Shown in pieces: positions 52,788 to 64,000 of a DNA stretch of 64,000 bases. Both the position numbers and the translations under genes were made by a program. The DNA is taken from the NCBI GenBank assembly GCA_013265495.1, contig MU058444.1, positions 2,232,001 through 2,296,000 on the forward strand, read 5' to 3'. The stretch is from Vicugna vicugna. Taxonomy: Eukaryota. The notes under the pieces are model-generated. The model saw only the letters and a list, made by a program, of their open reading frames with translations. It searched no databases and was not told the DNA's origin. The stretch's first letter is position 1; each line of letters opens with the position of its first letter.

Positions 52788-53116
52788 GTCAAGATAGCAG
52801 GGTAGTAGGACCAGGAGCTCACCTCCTCTCCCAGTTACAGCAAAACCACGACTGACGGCGACACAGCCATCGACAGAAGACGGAGCCTAGCAAAAAAGAT
52901 CCTCTTCAACTGGAAACATAAAGAGGGAACCACAGCAGGATGGTAAACAACAAGTTTCTTCTGTACAGCACAGGGAACTATATTCAGTATCTTGTAGTAA
53001 CTTGTGGTGAAGAAGAATACAAAAACGAATATATGTGTGTTCCTATATGACTGAAGTACCGTGCTGTGCACCAGAAATTGACATCACATGGTAAACTGAC
53101 TATACTTCAATTAAAA
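52788..53116 (+). mobile_element. Internally deleted L1: 5' UTR start fused to the 3' terminus
   Basis: caagatagcagggtagtaggaccaggagctcacctcctctccc... resembles an L1 5' start. It is joined at about 52944 to aaacaacaagtttcttctgtacagcacaggg...ttcaattaaaa. Confidence 0.7.
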
Positions 53117-53123
53117 GATAGAT

Positions 53124-53180
<57 letters not shown>
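53117..53180. repeat. (GATA)n microsatellite
   Basis: Read directly from the sequence. Confidence 0.97.
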
Positions 53181-53184
53181 GGTC

Positions 53185-53715
53185 CAAGAATGAATAAAGA
53201 AAATGTGATGTATCCTTATACAGTGGAAGATTATTCTGCCATAGAAAAGAAGGAAATCCTGCCATTTGCAACAACACAGATGAACACTGAGGGCATTATG
53301 CTAAGTAAAATAAGTCAGGCAGAGAAAGACACATATTTATGCTACTCCTTTTATGTGTAATCTAAAAAAACCAATCTCACAGAAACAGAGTAGGCTGACG
53401 GCTGCCAGAGGTGTGGGAAATGGTGGGGGATCCTGGTCGAAAGGCACACACTTTCAGTCGTAAGATGAGTGAGTTCTGGGGGTCTAATGTGCAGCGTGGC
53501 AGCTGTGGTCAACAACACTGTGTCATGTATCTCAAAAGTGCTGAGATACGTAATGGCATCACACAGAGAATGGTGCCTATGTGAGCTGATGGATGTGTTA
53601 ACTCACCTTAACATGGTCATTATTCACAATATATACATATATCACATCCTCACCTTGTTCACCTTAAACTTACACAGCGGTACACGTCAATTACCACACC
53701 TCTCAGTAAAGATGG
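53185..53715 (+). mobile_element. L1MA/MB-type 3' end
   Basis: gaaggaaatcctgccatttgcaacaac...gagttctgggggtctaatgtgcagc. Confidence 0.8.
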
Positions 53716-54051
53716 GGGAAGCACAGGAGGCCACGATCAGGGCACAAAAAATTAACTCTTGGAAAACAAAAATATAATAAAGAAGAAAACGTCAATGGCA
53801 GGGTTGGAAGATCAAACTGAGGAAATCACTTAGAAACTCAAACAAAAAGGAAAAAGTTGTAGAAAACAAAGGAGAGGAACAGAGGGCCTACAAACAATAG
53901 GACAGGAGAACATGAAGGAAGAAAGTCAAAAGCTTCCCAAACTTAAAAAACATAAATTTCCAGATGAATGGGACGATCAAGCACCGAGCACAGTGGGTAG
54001 AGAGAGTGTCATGAAATGCCACAGTATTGGAGACCCGGACCCTGAAGGACC

Positions 54052-54220
54052 CTGAAATGGGTTCTTAACCCCGACGGCATAGCGGAATTACCAGGGAACT
54101 TCCCAGAAAAATACCGGTGTTTGGGCTCCACACAAGAGCCATTATTTTGAAATCTCTCATCCTAAGATTTGGTCAAAGTCCCCAGACAATTCTAAAGTGG
54201 AGCTAGGGTTGAGAATCTGT
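54052..54220. mobile_element. MER5-like hAT DNA transposon remnant
   Basis: gggttcttaacc...ggaattaccagggaactt...ccccagacaattctaaagtggagctagggttgagaa. Confidence 0.6.
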
Positions 54221-54313
54221 CCTAAAATTGTCCAGGAAGAAAAGAAAAGAAAAGAAAAAAAGAAGAAGAAAAAGAGAAAGAAATAGAAGGAAGGAGAATG
54301 ACTGGGATTTCTT

Positions 54314-54528
54314 TTTTTTTAATTGAAGTATAGTTGGTTTACAATATTATGTTAGTTTCTGGAGTACAGCATAGTGATTCAGTTACACATACATATATAC
54401 ACACCTTCCTTTCCATCCTCTTTTTCAGAAAAAGAAAGATAAAAACCATATGGTATTACTTATATGTGGAATCTAAAAAAAAAAAAAACCAGACATAAAT
54501 GAACTGATTTCTGCAACAGAAATAAATT
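54314..54528 (-). mobile_element. 5'-inverted L1 3' end with TSD
   Basis: TSD ctgggatttctt / ctgagatttctt; minus-strand tail to about 54425, then a plus-strand upstream 3' UTR piece. Confidence 0.8.
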
Positions 54529-55439
54529 CTGAGATTTCTTAACAGCAATCGTGAAAACCCAAAGACAAGAAACCAGCACTTCCAAAATTCAGAAGAGAAA
54601 CGTATTTTCAACCTAGAGATCAGCTATCAAGTACAAGCACGTCCTAAAACTTCCAGACCCCTGAGGTCTCAGAGAATTTACCCTCCCTGCACCTTTCCTC
54701 TCCCTGCTACCTGAGAATGCAATTCACCAAAGTCCGGCTGCAAAGCAAGAAAGAGGAAGGTGTGGGACTCTGCAAACAGGGATCTAGCCCCGGGGCCAGG
54801 AACGGTCCCCCAGGGACGGTGGAGTGCCCCAGGGATAGAACCCAACTGATGAACAGAGAACAGTGTCCAAAAGGATAAAACATCTGATGTATCTGAATGT
54901 ACTGGAGAGAAAATTTTAACAACTGGAGAATAATCTGGGGATGGACGTGTGATAAGCACACAGAAAACTAAGCAGAGCAGCAAGGCAATGATTAACCGGA
55001 GAGAACACAAAAGGTTTTCCGAGGAAGGGAAAGTCACATTCATTCCGTGCCTCAGCTGTGAATAGCACTTACTAAATCATAACACTGTGAACACAGAATA
55101 CTGACCTGGACGAATGAATGACAGAACCACACTGGGAGGGTGGAGTGTGATGTGTCTGATGGGGCGGGGGTGTGTGTGTAAGATAAATGCTCACCTTTCA
55201 GGGAAAGGTTCCAATAGATAACACACAAAACAGAAACTCAAGAAGTCCGCCTGAAAACACATTATGTCATAATGTGATTTAAATGCCAAAGGAAACAGCC
55301 AGAAGTCCAAAGTCCTTGTCTCCAGGTGCAAACAGTGGAAGGGCGCTGGGGTGCGGGGTTAAAGAAGGAACTGCCGGTTTCTGTAAACACGCAGTGCAGA
55401 CCATTCCCTCGTAAACTGTGCGCATGAACGATGTAGGTA

Positions 55440-55682
55440 GCATTGGGAGTTGGAGACTTGCAGATACCAATATATAAAAAACAGAAAAACAAGTTTCTAC
55501 TGTGTAGCACAGGGAACTGTATTCAATATCTCGCAGTAACCTCTGGTGAAAAAATATGAAAACAAATACATGTACTTTCATGTACGACTGAAGCATTGTG
55601 CTGTACGCCAGAAACTGACATGACATTGTAGACTGACTAGAACTTCAATAAAAATACATATATTATATATACATTAAAAAAA
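55440..55682 (+). mobile_element. L1 3' end
   Basis: ttgggagttggagacttgcagatacc...cttcaataaaa. Confidence 0.85.
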
Positions 55683-56285
55683 CCTAAATTACAAAAAGAA
55701 TTCTTTGTGCAGGTAGTTCTTTACTTACCATAACAGGAATTAATAGAAAATATCTGCATTAGTACGGTTTTAAACATAGCAATATAAACATTTTCTTCAG
55801 AGATTTGGAAGCAATCACCAGGAAACCCAAAACACTATTCCAGATGGCTTTCAGGACAGGTAAGGACAAGGTGGTGCTGAAACACTTCATTTTCATTATA
55901 AATCCTCTGTACTGCTGGGCTTTCTAATATAGTGCATATAGTATAATGCTTAAATAAAGCAAGTGTTTTAAAAATAACCAAAAAGAAGGGTTGTAATCTG
56001 CTTTATTTGCTGACACTGGCTTTAGAGTTGACACAATTCTAGTTCACTTTTCTAGCCAACGTGTAGCTCTCACTGCCCCAGTTATGGAAAAATGTACGAT
56101 CATCTCTTTTTCCATCATAACACTGACAGGCATTTAGGTTATTTCCAAAGTTTCTCTATTAAAAGCAACAGCACGGTTTTAAAAAAACTCCTCTCTCTAC
56201 TTGCACACATGGTATTTTCACCTGCTCAGTTGCCTTCACACTTTCTGTCTTCTGTTGCCCAAAGAATTTTTAACTCCTTACGCTT

Positions 56286-56453
56286 AAAAAAAAGAAAGGG
56301 AGGGAGGAAGGAAGGAAGGAAGGAAGAAAGAAAGGGAAGGAAAGAAAGGAAGGAAAGGAAGGAAAGGAAGGAAAGAAAGGAAGAAAGGAAGAAAAGAAAG
56401 AAAGAAAGAAAAAGAAAGAAAGAAAGAGAAAGAAAGAAAGAAAGAAAGAAAAA

Positions 56454-56525
<72 letters not shown>

Positions 56526-56535
56526 AGGAAGAGAA
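56286..56535. repeat. Polypurine (GAAA/GGAA)n microsatellite
   Basis: About 250 bp of purine-only sequence, read directly. Confidence 0.97.
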
Positions 56536-57179
56536 ACGAAACTCCAGCCTTTATTTGGATTTCACTAGTTTTTCCATTAATGTCCTCTTTTTGTTCCAGG
56601 ATCGCATCCAGAGTACAACAGAGCACTCATCCAGCAGCCACATCTTCCCAGGCTCAAGAGTTGTTTTTCACTTATACTCAGAAGAATTTTGTTTAAGCAG
56701 TGTCAGCTATTAAACCCAAACAAATCATTTTAACCTCTCTGAGCCCTGGGTCCCTTTGCTGTTAAATAAGCAAATACCATTACTTGAGAATATCTAATAA
56801 GATAACGCTATGAAAGGTCCCCATAAACTATATTTTCCCCTCTGGGAGTATGTATTTGGTTAATACGTATTATTCACAAGCTAGACAAGGAATAGAAATA
56901 CCTTCTTTTGTAAAACGTCTAGAAGAGAATTCAGTATAAAGCCTACTCTTTCTCTGGAACATGCAACTTCATCTTTATAATACCATGCAGAAACCAAAGA
57001 CTCTTGACATGCTCATAAAGGACTTGTATATAGTGACATTTTTGAGAAACTCTAGGGGAAAAACTTACAAGTCCAAAGAAACAGTAACGTGAAACTTACT
57101 AAATGTTCTAATCTTAATGATGTATGTCACATAGTAAGTCTTAAGGGAGAAACTAAAGCTGATTTCTAATTTCTTTTTT

Positions 57180-57306
57180 GGGGGGGGTGTAATTCAGTTT
57201 GTTTGTTTATTCATTTATTTATTTTAATGGATTTTCTGGGGACTGAACCCAGGACCTCAGGCATGCTAAGCACGTGCTCTACCACTGAGCTACACCCTTC
57301 TCCCCG
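57180..57306 (-). mobile_element. Vic-1-like SINE with a perfect 17-bp TSD
   Basis: ctgatttctaatttctt at 57159-57175 and 57309-57325. Confidence 0.92.
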
Positions 57307-57646
57307 CCCTGATTTCTAATTTCTTAATATCTACTCCTGTTTCTACTTCTTGATTATTTGTTTGTCAATACTTAACTTTCATATTTAAGAAATGGTCAGG
57401 AAATGGGTTTGAAAACTGAACATTGTAAGTAGAATGAATTATGACATGAATTAAATGACGTAAGGAGAAATACATTTAAACGTTAGAACAGAAGTCTATT
57501 AAAATATTAGAATGGCATTTTATGGTCACCATGGACAATGAGGGAAATTTTTCTTAACTTTCTGGATTCAAGTAAACTTATCTTAAAACTCTTGGGGAAA
57601 ATGATTTACATCAATCTTTTAACTTTGGTAACAAGAATAAACTCCT

Positions 57647-57866
57647 GAGTTGCAGAGAACTAAGTACTACATTTAAAATAGATACACAGTAAGTTTCTTC
57701 TCTGTAACACAGGAAACTATATTCAGTATCCTGTAGTAACCTATAATGAAAAAGATTATGAAAAGAAATACATGTATGTATACATATGACTGGGACATGA
57801 TGCTGTGCACCAAAAATTGACACATTGTAACTGACTACACTTCAACTTAAAAAAAATTTTTTTATA
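57647..57866 (+). mobile_element. L1 3' end with TSD
   Basis: TSD aagaataaactcct on both sides. Confidence 0.88.
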
Positions 57867-58680
57867 AAGAATAAACTCCTTAGCAAACATCACTTTAACA
57901 AAGTGTAACATGTAAGATATTAATAACCATTTCTGTTTAGGTTTTTAATATTACTAGTGTTCTGACAAACTCAGAACATCCCAGTAACACTTAATCACTG
58001 AGAATTATACCAAATATTGATTCTTTACTGCTAGCGAGACTCTGAGGGCCTCGAGACAAAGATACCTTTGAGGACAAACATGAGTCCATGGGAACACACA
58101 AATTTATCTCACACAGCACAGGGCCCTACGTGTAGCACCAAGACCTTTCCCTGCTCCACACACACAACACCCATTGATACCCAGGGGGCCCTGATGCCAG
58201 CAAGGGGCCTCTCGCAAAGGGAAAAATTGATGTCTGCATTTGAATGGTGTTTGCCCCCTGGCTCCCAGCCAATCCAATACAAACATCACCATTCATGACA
58301 TGTGGGATAACTCTTTGTCTTCAGTAAATTCCAGACTTTTGAAAAGGTCAAAATTCAATCTGAAAAGAAGAAAATCATTACATTTAAGAAAGCCTGGAAC
58401 ATAGAGAGACTATCGCACAGTATTGTACAATAATGACAAATGACCCCCAAATCCTCCACTGAGGTTGCCATGGAAACCTACTCAGTAGTGGCTGCCTTTG
58501 GGGGTGTCTGTGATCTGATAAGCATTGCACTAAATGCTTTACCTGTATCATCCCACGAAAAATCTTGTGAGTGGATAGGAATCATATTTTGCCAGTGAAG
58601 AAACTGAAATTTATAGAGACAGAAACTGGCAGAACCAAGATTATAAAACTCTTGTCATCTTTAAATACTATGGTGTATCT

Positions 58681-58790
58681 GGGGAGGCTATAGCTCCGTG
58701 GTAGAGCGTGTGCTTAGCATGCACAGGGTCCTGGGTTCAATCCCCTGTACCTCCATTAAATAAATAACCCTAATTACCTCTCCCCCCAAA
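58681..58790 (+). mobile_element. Vic-1-like SINE
   Basis: ggggaggctatagctccgtggtagagcgtgtgcttagcatgcacagggtcctgggttcaatcccc; TSD aaatactat. Confidence 0.9.
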
Positions 58791-60139
58791 AATAAAATGC
58801 AAATACTATAGCATTTCTGCCATTAATTCTAGAACATGAGCAATGACATTAACTATTCAGAAATATCCTTCCTTGGAAAATACTTTTAAAACTTATGCTA
58901 CAGTCTTATTCGATACTTTATTTTCCAGAGGCAGTGGCTTTCTTTTTCTTCCCTTCCTTAATCTCTATAACAGTGACACTACCGCTTACATACACCTTCA
59001 GTCTCTTAAGTGTTCAGGAGACTGCAAAACATAATAGGGAAGAATTTATAGGATCGTCTTGGATTAAATAATCTGAGGAGAAGCATCATCTATTGAAGTT
59101 CACCAGGGCTATTTTCTTTTGCATAAAATTATCAAACATCTATCAAACATCTCCCTGTCAGAGGCAGGACTCCCGTCAGTGAGAAAGCTGGGAGGAAATG
59201 CTGATACATATCATACCAGGAGACCAAATCGGCCAGCAAGTGGACACCCATCCTAAGAGGGCCAGAGCTCAAGCCCCGATGCGGTGGGGAGACCCAGACC
59301 TGCAGACTGCTCCAAGATGCCACCCCCCGTTACAGATTTAAGGCAATTCTCTAGAACACAGTGCACAGAAGTTTCTGTGGTTCATGGGTAATCTGGACAG
59401 CAAGGGTGCGATTTCTTTGCAGCCCACTTTCCTAAAGTCGGAATCATGGCGCCGGAAACAGAGGTGGTTTTCCCATCAAATACACACAAAGAACAGAGGT
59501 CGAGGGCTGTGATCCCATCTCGGTGACTCTCCAAACACCTGACCACACCCAGGCTTCCAAAGTACTACAACTGAGCTGCTTTCTTTACCGCACGAATCTC
59601 AACATTTCATTTACATCACAGGCTTCATTCATGAAACCAAACTATCAAGACACAGGCCACACTCGTGTGTGAATGATTAAGTAGCAAAACAGGCCCAGGG
59701 CTCTAACTACAATTAGCTTTTACTCTGAGGATTGAACGGTTGATAATCGGACAGACCATCTGTGACTCAGATGGATTTAGGATTTGTACTGTAGGATTTA
59801 GACAATTTCCAATCTGAACAGGTTACTGCAATGATTTTGGAATCCAGTTTTGGGGTAAGGTGTCATTAAATAAGATTTAAAAAATGTAAAAAAAAAAATA
59901 AGGTAGCTTTAAGGAAGTTATGGCCCTAGATACATTTTGGCACTACGGAAGTTTCTCACTGATACACTAATTTAAAGAGAAGAAAGAAACATGGAATATG
60001 TCAATGCTTGCCACAAAAACTTATCAATCTCCCAGAGCTTTTAACTATATCTCAGTCTCTTTTGACAATTAGTTTGCAAAGATAAAATACAGATTTACCT
60101 GAAATTCCACTGCAGTCCTTCATTTCTCAAGGACCATAT

Positions 60140-60534
60140 CACAGAAGAGGCAGTGCCTTAAAGGCCACACGGAAGGAGCTCCATTCAGTACACTTTTGCA
60201 GAGGACACGTGCATCACTGTATTAAACCAAATCTGATCCTCCACAGATCTGCTCAGAGCAAGTCTTTTAACTTGGTTATAGTAATAATCTATAGTAATTG
60301 GTAATCCCTTACAGATAAGAACATTTTTCCCCCACGACAAATTCATAAACAGCAGGATCAGCAACTTCTGCTACTGTACTTTTGCGTGTGAAAATTGAAA
60401 TCTGGTTTCTACTCAATGCCCTGTTTTCCCTTTTAAATTTTTCTTTGTGGAACATTTTTCCCAGCAGTATTTTACGTTGTTAACTTTCTTTTAAGGGCCA
60501 TGGTCTTGAATGAACACCTCTTTTTTGTTATCAT
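60140..60534 (-). mobile_element. Possible decayed pogo/Tc2-type (Tc1/mariner superfamily) transposase N-terminal relic
   Basis: Frameshifted minus-strand peptides MITKKRCSFKTMALKRKL, EVADPAVYEFV and KGLPIT resemble the DNA-binding/CENP-B-like HTH region of pogo-type transposases. Confidence 0.4.
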
Positions 60535-60859
60535 GTCTAAGTGACACGGTCTGGATGGTTGGCTTTAAGTCAGCCATATCTGTCATTTCAAGATGAAGCT
60601 GATTTTAACTGATTTTGAATTCACTTAGCAAAAGCGTGAAAGTGATATCGATCTCTTTGAATTCTGAATTATTTTCCATCCAATTTCCTTCTGGAGTATA
60701 AAATGTGGAGGGTTTTGATTAATAAAGATCATTTCTATATTTTTAACTTAACATTTTAGTTTTAAATCTGTAAATAAATGTATACTTCTTCATAAGTAAG
60801 TACTTATTCATTAAAATTGCTCAGATTATTTTCTAAGTCTTTAAAAGCAGTTCCAAATC

Positions 60860-61724
60860 AAAACTATAAGGTATATCACCTCACACCAATCATAACAGCC
60901 ATCATGCAAAAGTCCACAAACAATAAATGCTGGAAAATCTGTGTGGAGAAAAGGGAGCTCCCATGCTGTTGCTGGGAATAGAGTTTGATGCAGCCATTAT
61001 GGCAAACAGTATGGAGATTCCTTAAAAAACTAAAAATAAACTTACCCTATGATTCAGCAATCCTACTCCTGGGCATATATTTGGATAAAGCTCTAATTTG
61101 AAAAGATACTTGCATCCCAAAGTACACAGCAGCACCATTTACAACAGCCAAGACATTGAATCAACCAACCCATATGTCTGTTGACAGATGACTGGATAAA
61201 GATGTGGTATATATATACACATACACACACACAGTGGAATACTACTCAGCCATAAAAGAGAATAAAATGCCATTTGCAGCAACATGGATGGACCTAGAGA
61301 TTGTCATTCTAAGTGAAGTAAGCCAGAAAGAGAAAGGCAAATATCATATGATAACACTCTTATGTGGAATCTAAAAAAAAAAAGACACAAATGAACTTAT
61401 TTACAAAACAGAAACAGACTCACAAGACACAGAAAACAAACTCATGGTTACCAGATGGGAAAGAGGATGGATAGAAAGGGATAAATTGGGAATTCGGGAT
61501 TTGCAGATACTAAATACTATATATAAAATAGATAAACAAATTTATACTGTATAGCACAGGGAATTATATTCAATATCTTGTAGTAACCTTTAATGAAAAA
61601 GAACATGAAAAGGAATATATGTATGTATATGCATGACTGAAACATTATGCTGTACACCAAAAACTGACACATTATAAACTTACCATACTTCAATTAAAAG
61701 AAACAAATAAATAAATAGTAAAAT
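60860..61724 (+). mobile_element. Young L1 3' end (about 860 bp) with TSD
   Basis: ORF2 C-terminus and 3' UTR; TSD aaaagcagttccaaat / aaaaccagttccaaat. Confidence 0.92.
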
Positions 61725-62904
61725 AAAACCAGTTCCAAATAACTGAGAGAGTTCTTAAGCTAACCTGATCCACAATTCAAAAACCATCGGGCAGTTCCTA
61801 AGGACACTGAATTGTCTGAGACTGGAGAAACCAAGGAGCCAAGAGTTCCGATTTCCAACGTGGCTGAATGAATAAATCAAATTATCTTCCTCATGACTCA
61901 GTCAGTTTATGTAGAAACAAGGTAAAACACAGCACCTTTGGAAAATCAGATTCAATACTGGAATATAAAATTTCCATGTTATTTCTAAAAAATGAAACTT
62001 AACTTGACATGATCTATTATTTGAAAATACTATCACCATGGAGTCAAAAGACGGTCTCTGAGCCACTACAGGAGTTTTTCCAGCTCCTAAGTAAAAACAA
62101 GGACATCCTCATTCTGAGTATGTGTACACCAGGTAGACACAGGATAGGGGTCCCCAATCTGCCCATGAGAGACTCCTTCCACTGCCCTGTGACCCTGGCA
62201 GGGAGAATGCCACCTCTCCCTCACAAGGACGGGGGCAGGTCCTACTTCCCAGACAGCAGGCTTTCTGAACCCATACGACTCAGAGGAACAGCACAACCAC
62301 AAGCTGATTTAGACATTAACAATTTATTTTCTACAACAGCACTCACATCTTTAAAACACTTTAGAAGAAACATAACTAAAAAATCTCATCCTGTTTTTCC
62401 CCACTTTCCCATAAGTGAGGCAAAATTTACAAATGCATATCTTGTGTAAACATTTAAAATAGGCTATCCTAAGAAACTGAAATTAATGCACAACTTACAA
62501 AACATTCCAATAGAGACCGAAGGAATGGTGAGTGAGGCTGCCCCCAAACTCCACAACTGAACCCCATGAAACAAACTCACAACAGGAGAATTCATCACAA
62601 ACACCCAAGACAGAAGAACTCAGGACAAAATCTTCCAAGCAAAAGCTGAGAACAAGATTGGAAAATCGAGAAAAGATTGAAGAAAAGCTGGGGTCTAATC
62701 AATGGTATGAGCACAGCCCAAAGAAAGATGCCGTGACAGCACCCGCTGGAGAAGTCCAGGGACACAGAGAAGAGCAGGCATCCACAGTGGTCCCCAGCCA
62801 CGCCAGTGAGCAAGGCAGCCTGAGCAAGTGGGTGCGTAAGGACGGCTGGGGCAGAGCCGGCTGTATCAGGCTGTCCCTCCTGGTGGTAAGGACCAGGATG
62901 CTGA

Positions 62905-63120
62905 CGATGACAACAGCTCACTTTTACTGCACACTTAACTCTGCCAGGCACAATGTGAGGCCCTCTACACACATTATTTCCTTTAACCCTTATGCGGGAC
63001 CAGTGAGGCACTCCCCCCCATTTTACAGATGGGGAAACCGAGGCTCACAGAAGCTCAAGTCACTTGCCCGAGGTCCCTCACAGAATCACTACAGAGCCAT
63101 AATCTGGACCCAGATCAGAG
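62905..63120 (+). mobile_element. MIR SINE
   Basis: cccattttacagatggggaaaccgaggctcacagaagctcaagtcacttgcccgaggtc is the MIR core. Confidence 0.85.
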
Positions 63121-63134
63121 CTCACAGGGTATGT

Positions 63135-63810
63135 TCTACGAAGCATCAAAATAATACACCTGTAAAGACTGCTGAGAGAAATCAAAGGAGATCTAAATAA
63201 ATACTGTGTTCACAGATCAGAGGGCTCAATATTGGTCACATTCAATTTTCCCCAACTGATGTAGAGATTCAATACAATCACAATCAAAGTCGCAGCAAAC
63301 ATTTTTATGGAAATGAATAAGCCAATCAAAAAAAATTATATGGAAATAGAAAGGGAAAGAAACGCCAAAACAATTTTGTAAAAGCACAAAACTGCAGGAC
63401 TGGCGCTGCCTATTTGCAACACTTAAACCATAATGGTGCGGTCAAGGAATAAAATTAGACCCATGGTTCAATGGAAAAGAACTGAGTCCAGAAAGACCCA
63501 ACCATACGGGGTCAATACATCCTTAACAAAGGTGCCAATGTCACTCAGTGGGGAAAAGTAGTCTTTTCAACAAATGGCACTAGAAACACCAGCATACAGC
63601 GCCATATACAAAAATGAATTCAAAATGGGCCACATTCCTCAATTTAATAGACAAAATTTTAAAAACTTCTTGAAGAAAGTATGGGTGAAAATCTTAATGA
63701 TCTTGGGTTGGACTTCTTAACTATGACATCAAAAGACGAACCAGAAAAGCAAACACTGATGAACTGGACTTCATCAAAAGACAAAATTTTGCTCTTCAAA
63801 AGGATGTAGG
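63135..63810 (+). mobile_element. Old L1M ORF2 fragment
   Basis: aattttccccaactgatgtagagattcaatacaatc...tggacttcatcaaaagacaaaattttgctcttcaaaa. Confidence 0.8.
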
Positions 63811-64000
63811 TAGTTGTCACTTCCGTGTACGGCATGCCTCTCCTATAGCTTTTCTGATGGGGGACACACACCGGGGTTCCACTCAGTCCACCTGACAGAT
63901 GCATCCTTTCACTGTATGCGAATCAACTGACATCTGCTTTACACATCAGTGTCCTGAGACATCAGTGTCCTGAGGGCTCGTCTCCCTAGAACAAGCCAGT

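Larger units (their letters stand above)
53760..55430 (+). mobile_element. HAL1-like (ORF1-only L1 derivative) remnant with nested MER5-like and L1 insertions
   Basis: Degenerate ORF1-like motifs ggaagatcaaactgaggaaatc, ttccaaaattcagaagagaaacgtattttcaacctaga and gcaagaaagaggaag. Confidence 0.55.
2245..64000 (-). other. DST: Large DST intron upstream of the CH1 exon (partial; continues past the window)
   Basis: Acceptor AG at 2246-2245 with a polypyrimidine tract. No recognisable upstream DST exon (ending ...AVLRIA or ...VLERYK) occurs in the window, and the sequence is dominated by interspersed repeats. Confidence 0.85.

Noticed and set aside
56092..56626. Lys/Glu/Arg-rich and Phe/Leu/Ser-rich ORFs
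   Set aside because: They are translations of the (GAAA)n microsatellite.
11067..58790. tRNA-Ala genes
   Set aside because: Every tRNA-like head carries the SINE tail, most have TSDs, and the stems are mutated. They are SINEs, not tRNA genes.
1372..61724. Orientation bias of young L1 ends relative to DST
   Set aside because: By eye, plus- and minus-strand copies occur in similar numbers, so no clear bias can be claimed.
62532..63200. Longest ORF in the track (222 aa)
   Set aside because: It has a non-ATG start, runs through a MIR and an L1 fragment, and has no recognisable domain.
1..64000. CRISPR array, prokaryotic defence or operon system, or intact retroelement ORFs
   Set aside because: The recurring motifs are dispersed L1 and SINE copies in both orientations, not regularly spaced repeats. 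I found no intact reverse transcriptase, gag/pol/env or transposase frame.

Overview
Mammalian genomic DNA, very likely camelid (Camelus/Vicugna), judged from about ten copies of a tRNA-Ala-derived Vic-1-like SINE and artiodactyl-type L1 3' ends. The window lies inside the dystonin gene (DST/BPAG1), which is on the minus strand. The only coding sequence I can support is a 62-bp exon (2244..2183) encoding (D)[20 protein letters not shown], the start of the CH1 actin-binding domain. Bases 1-2182 are the downstream intron. Bases 2245-64000 are part of the large upstream intron that separates this exon from the alternative N-terminal exons, which I do not find here. The rest is repeat-rich intron: young L1 3' ends with target-site duplications (TSDs), old L1M, HAL1, L2, MIR, MER3/MER5 DNA transposons, LTRs and microsatellites. 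Apart from the 62-bp exon, the ORFs in the track look spurious. I see no prokaryote-type system, CRISPR array or intact novel gene. The most interesting oddities are: three sharp intronic CpG/GC peaks (about 12.6-13.2, 21.8-22.5 and 42.3-43.2 kb) that may be orphan promoters or GC-biased gene conversion tracts; a decayed pogo/Tc2-like transposase relic ending at an in-phase splice donor; an internally deleted L1; and several 5'-inverted L1s. Repeat boundaries and family names were assigned by eye and are approximate.
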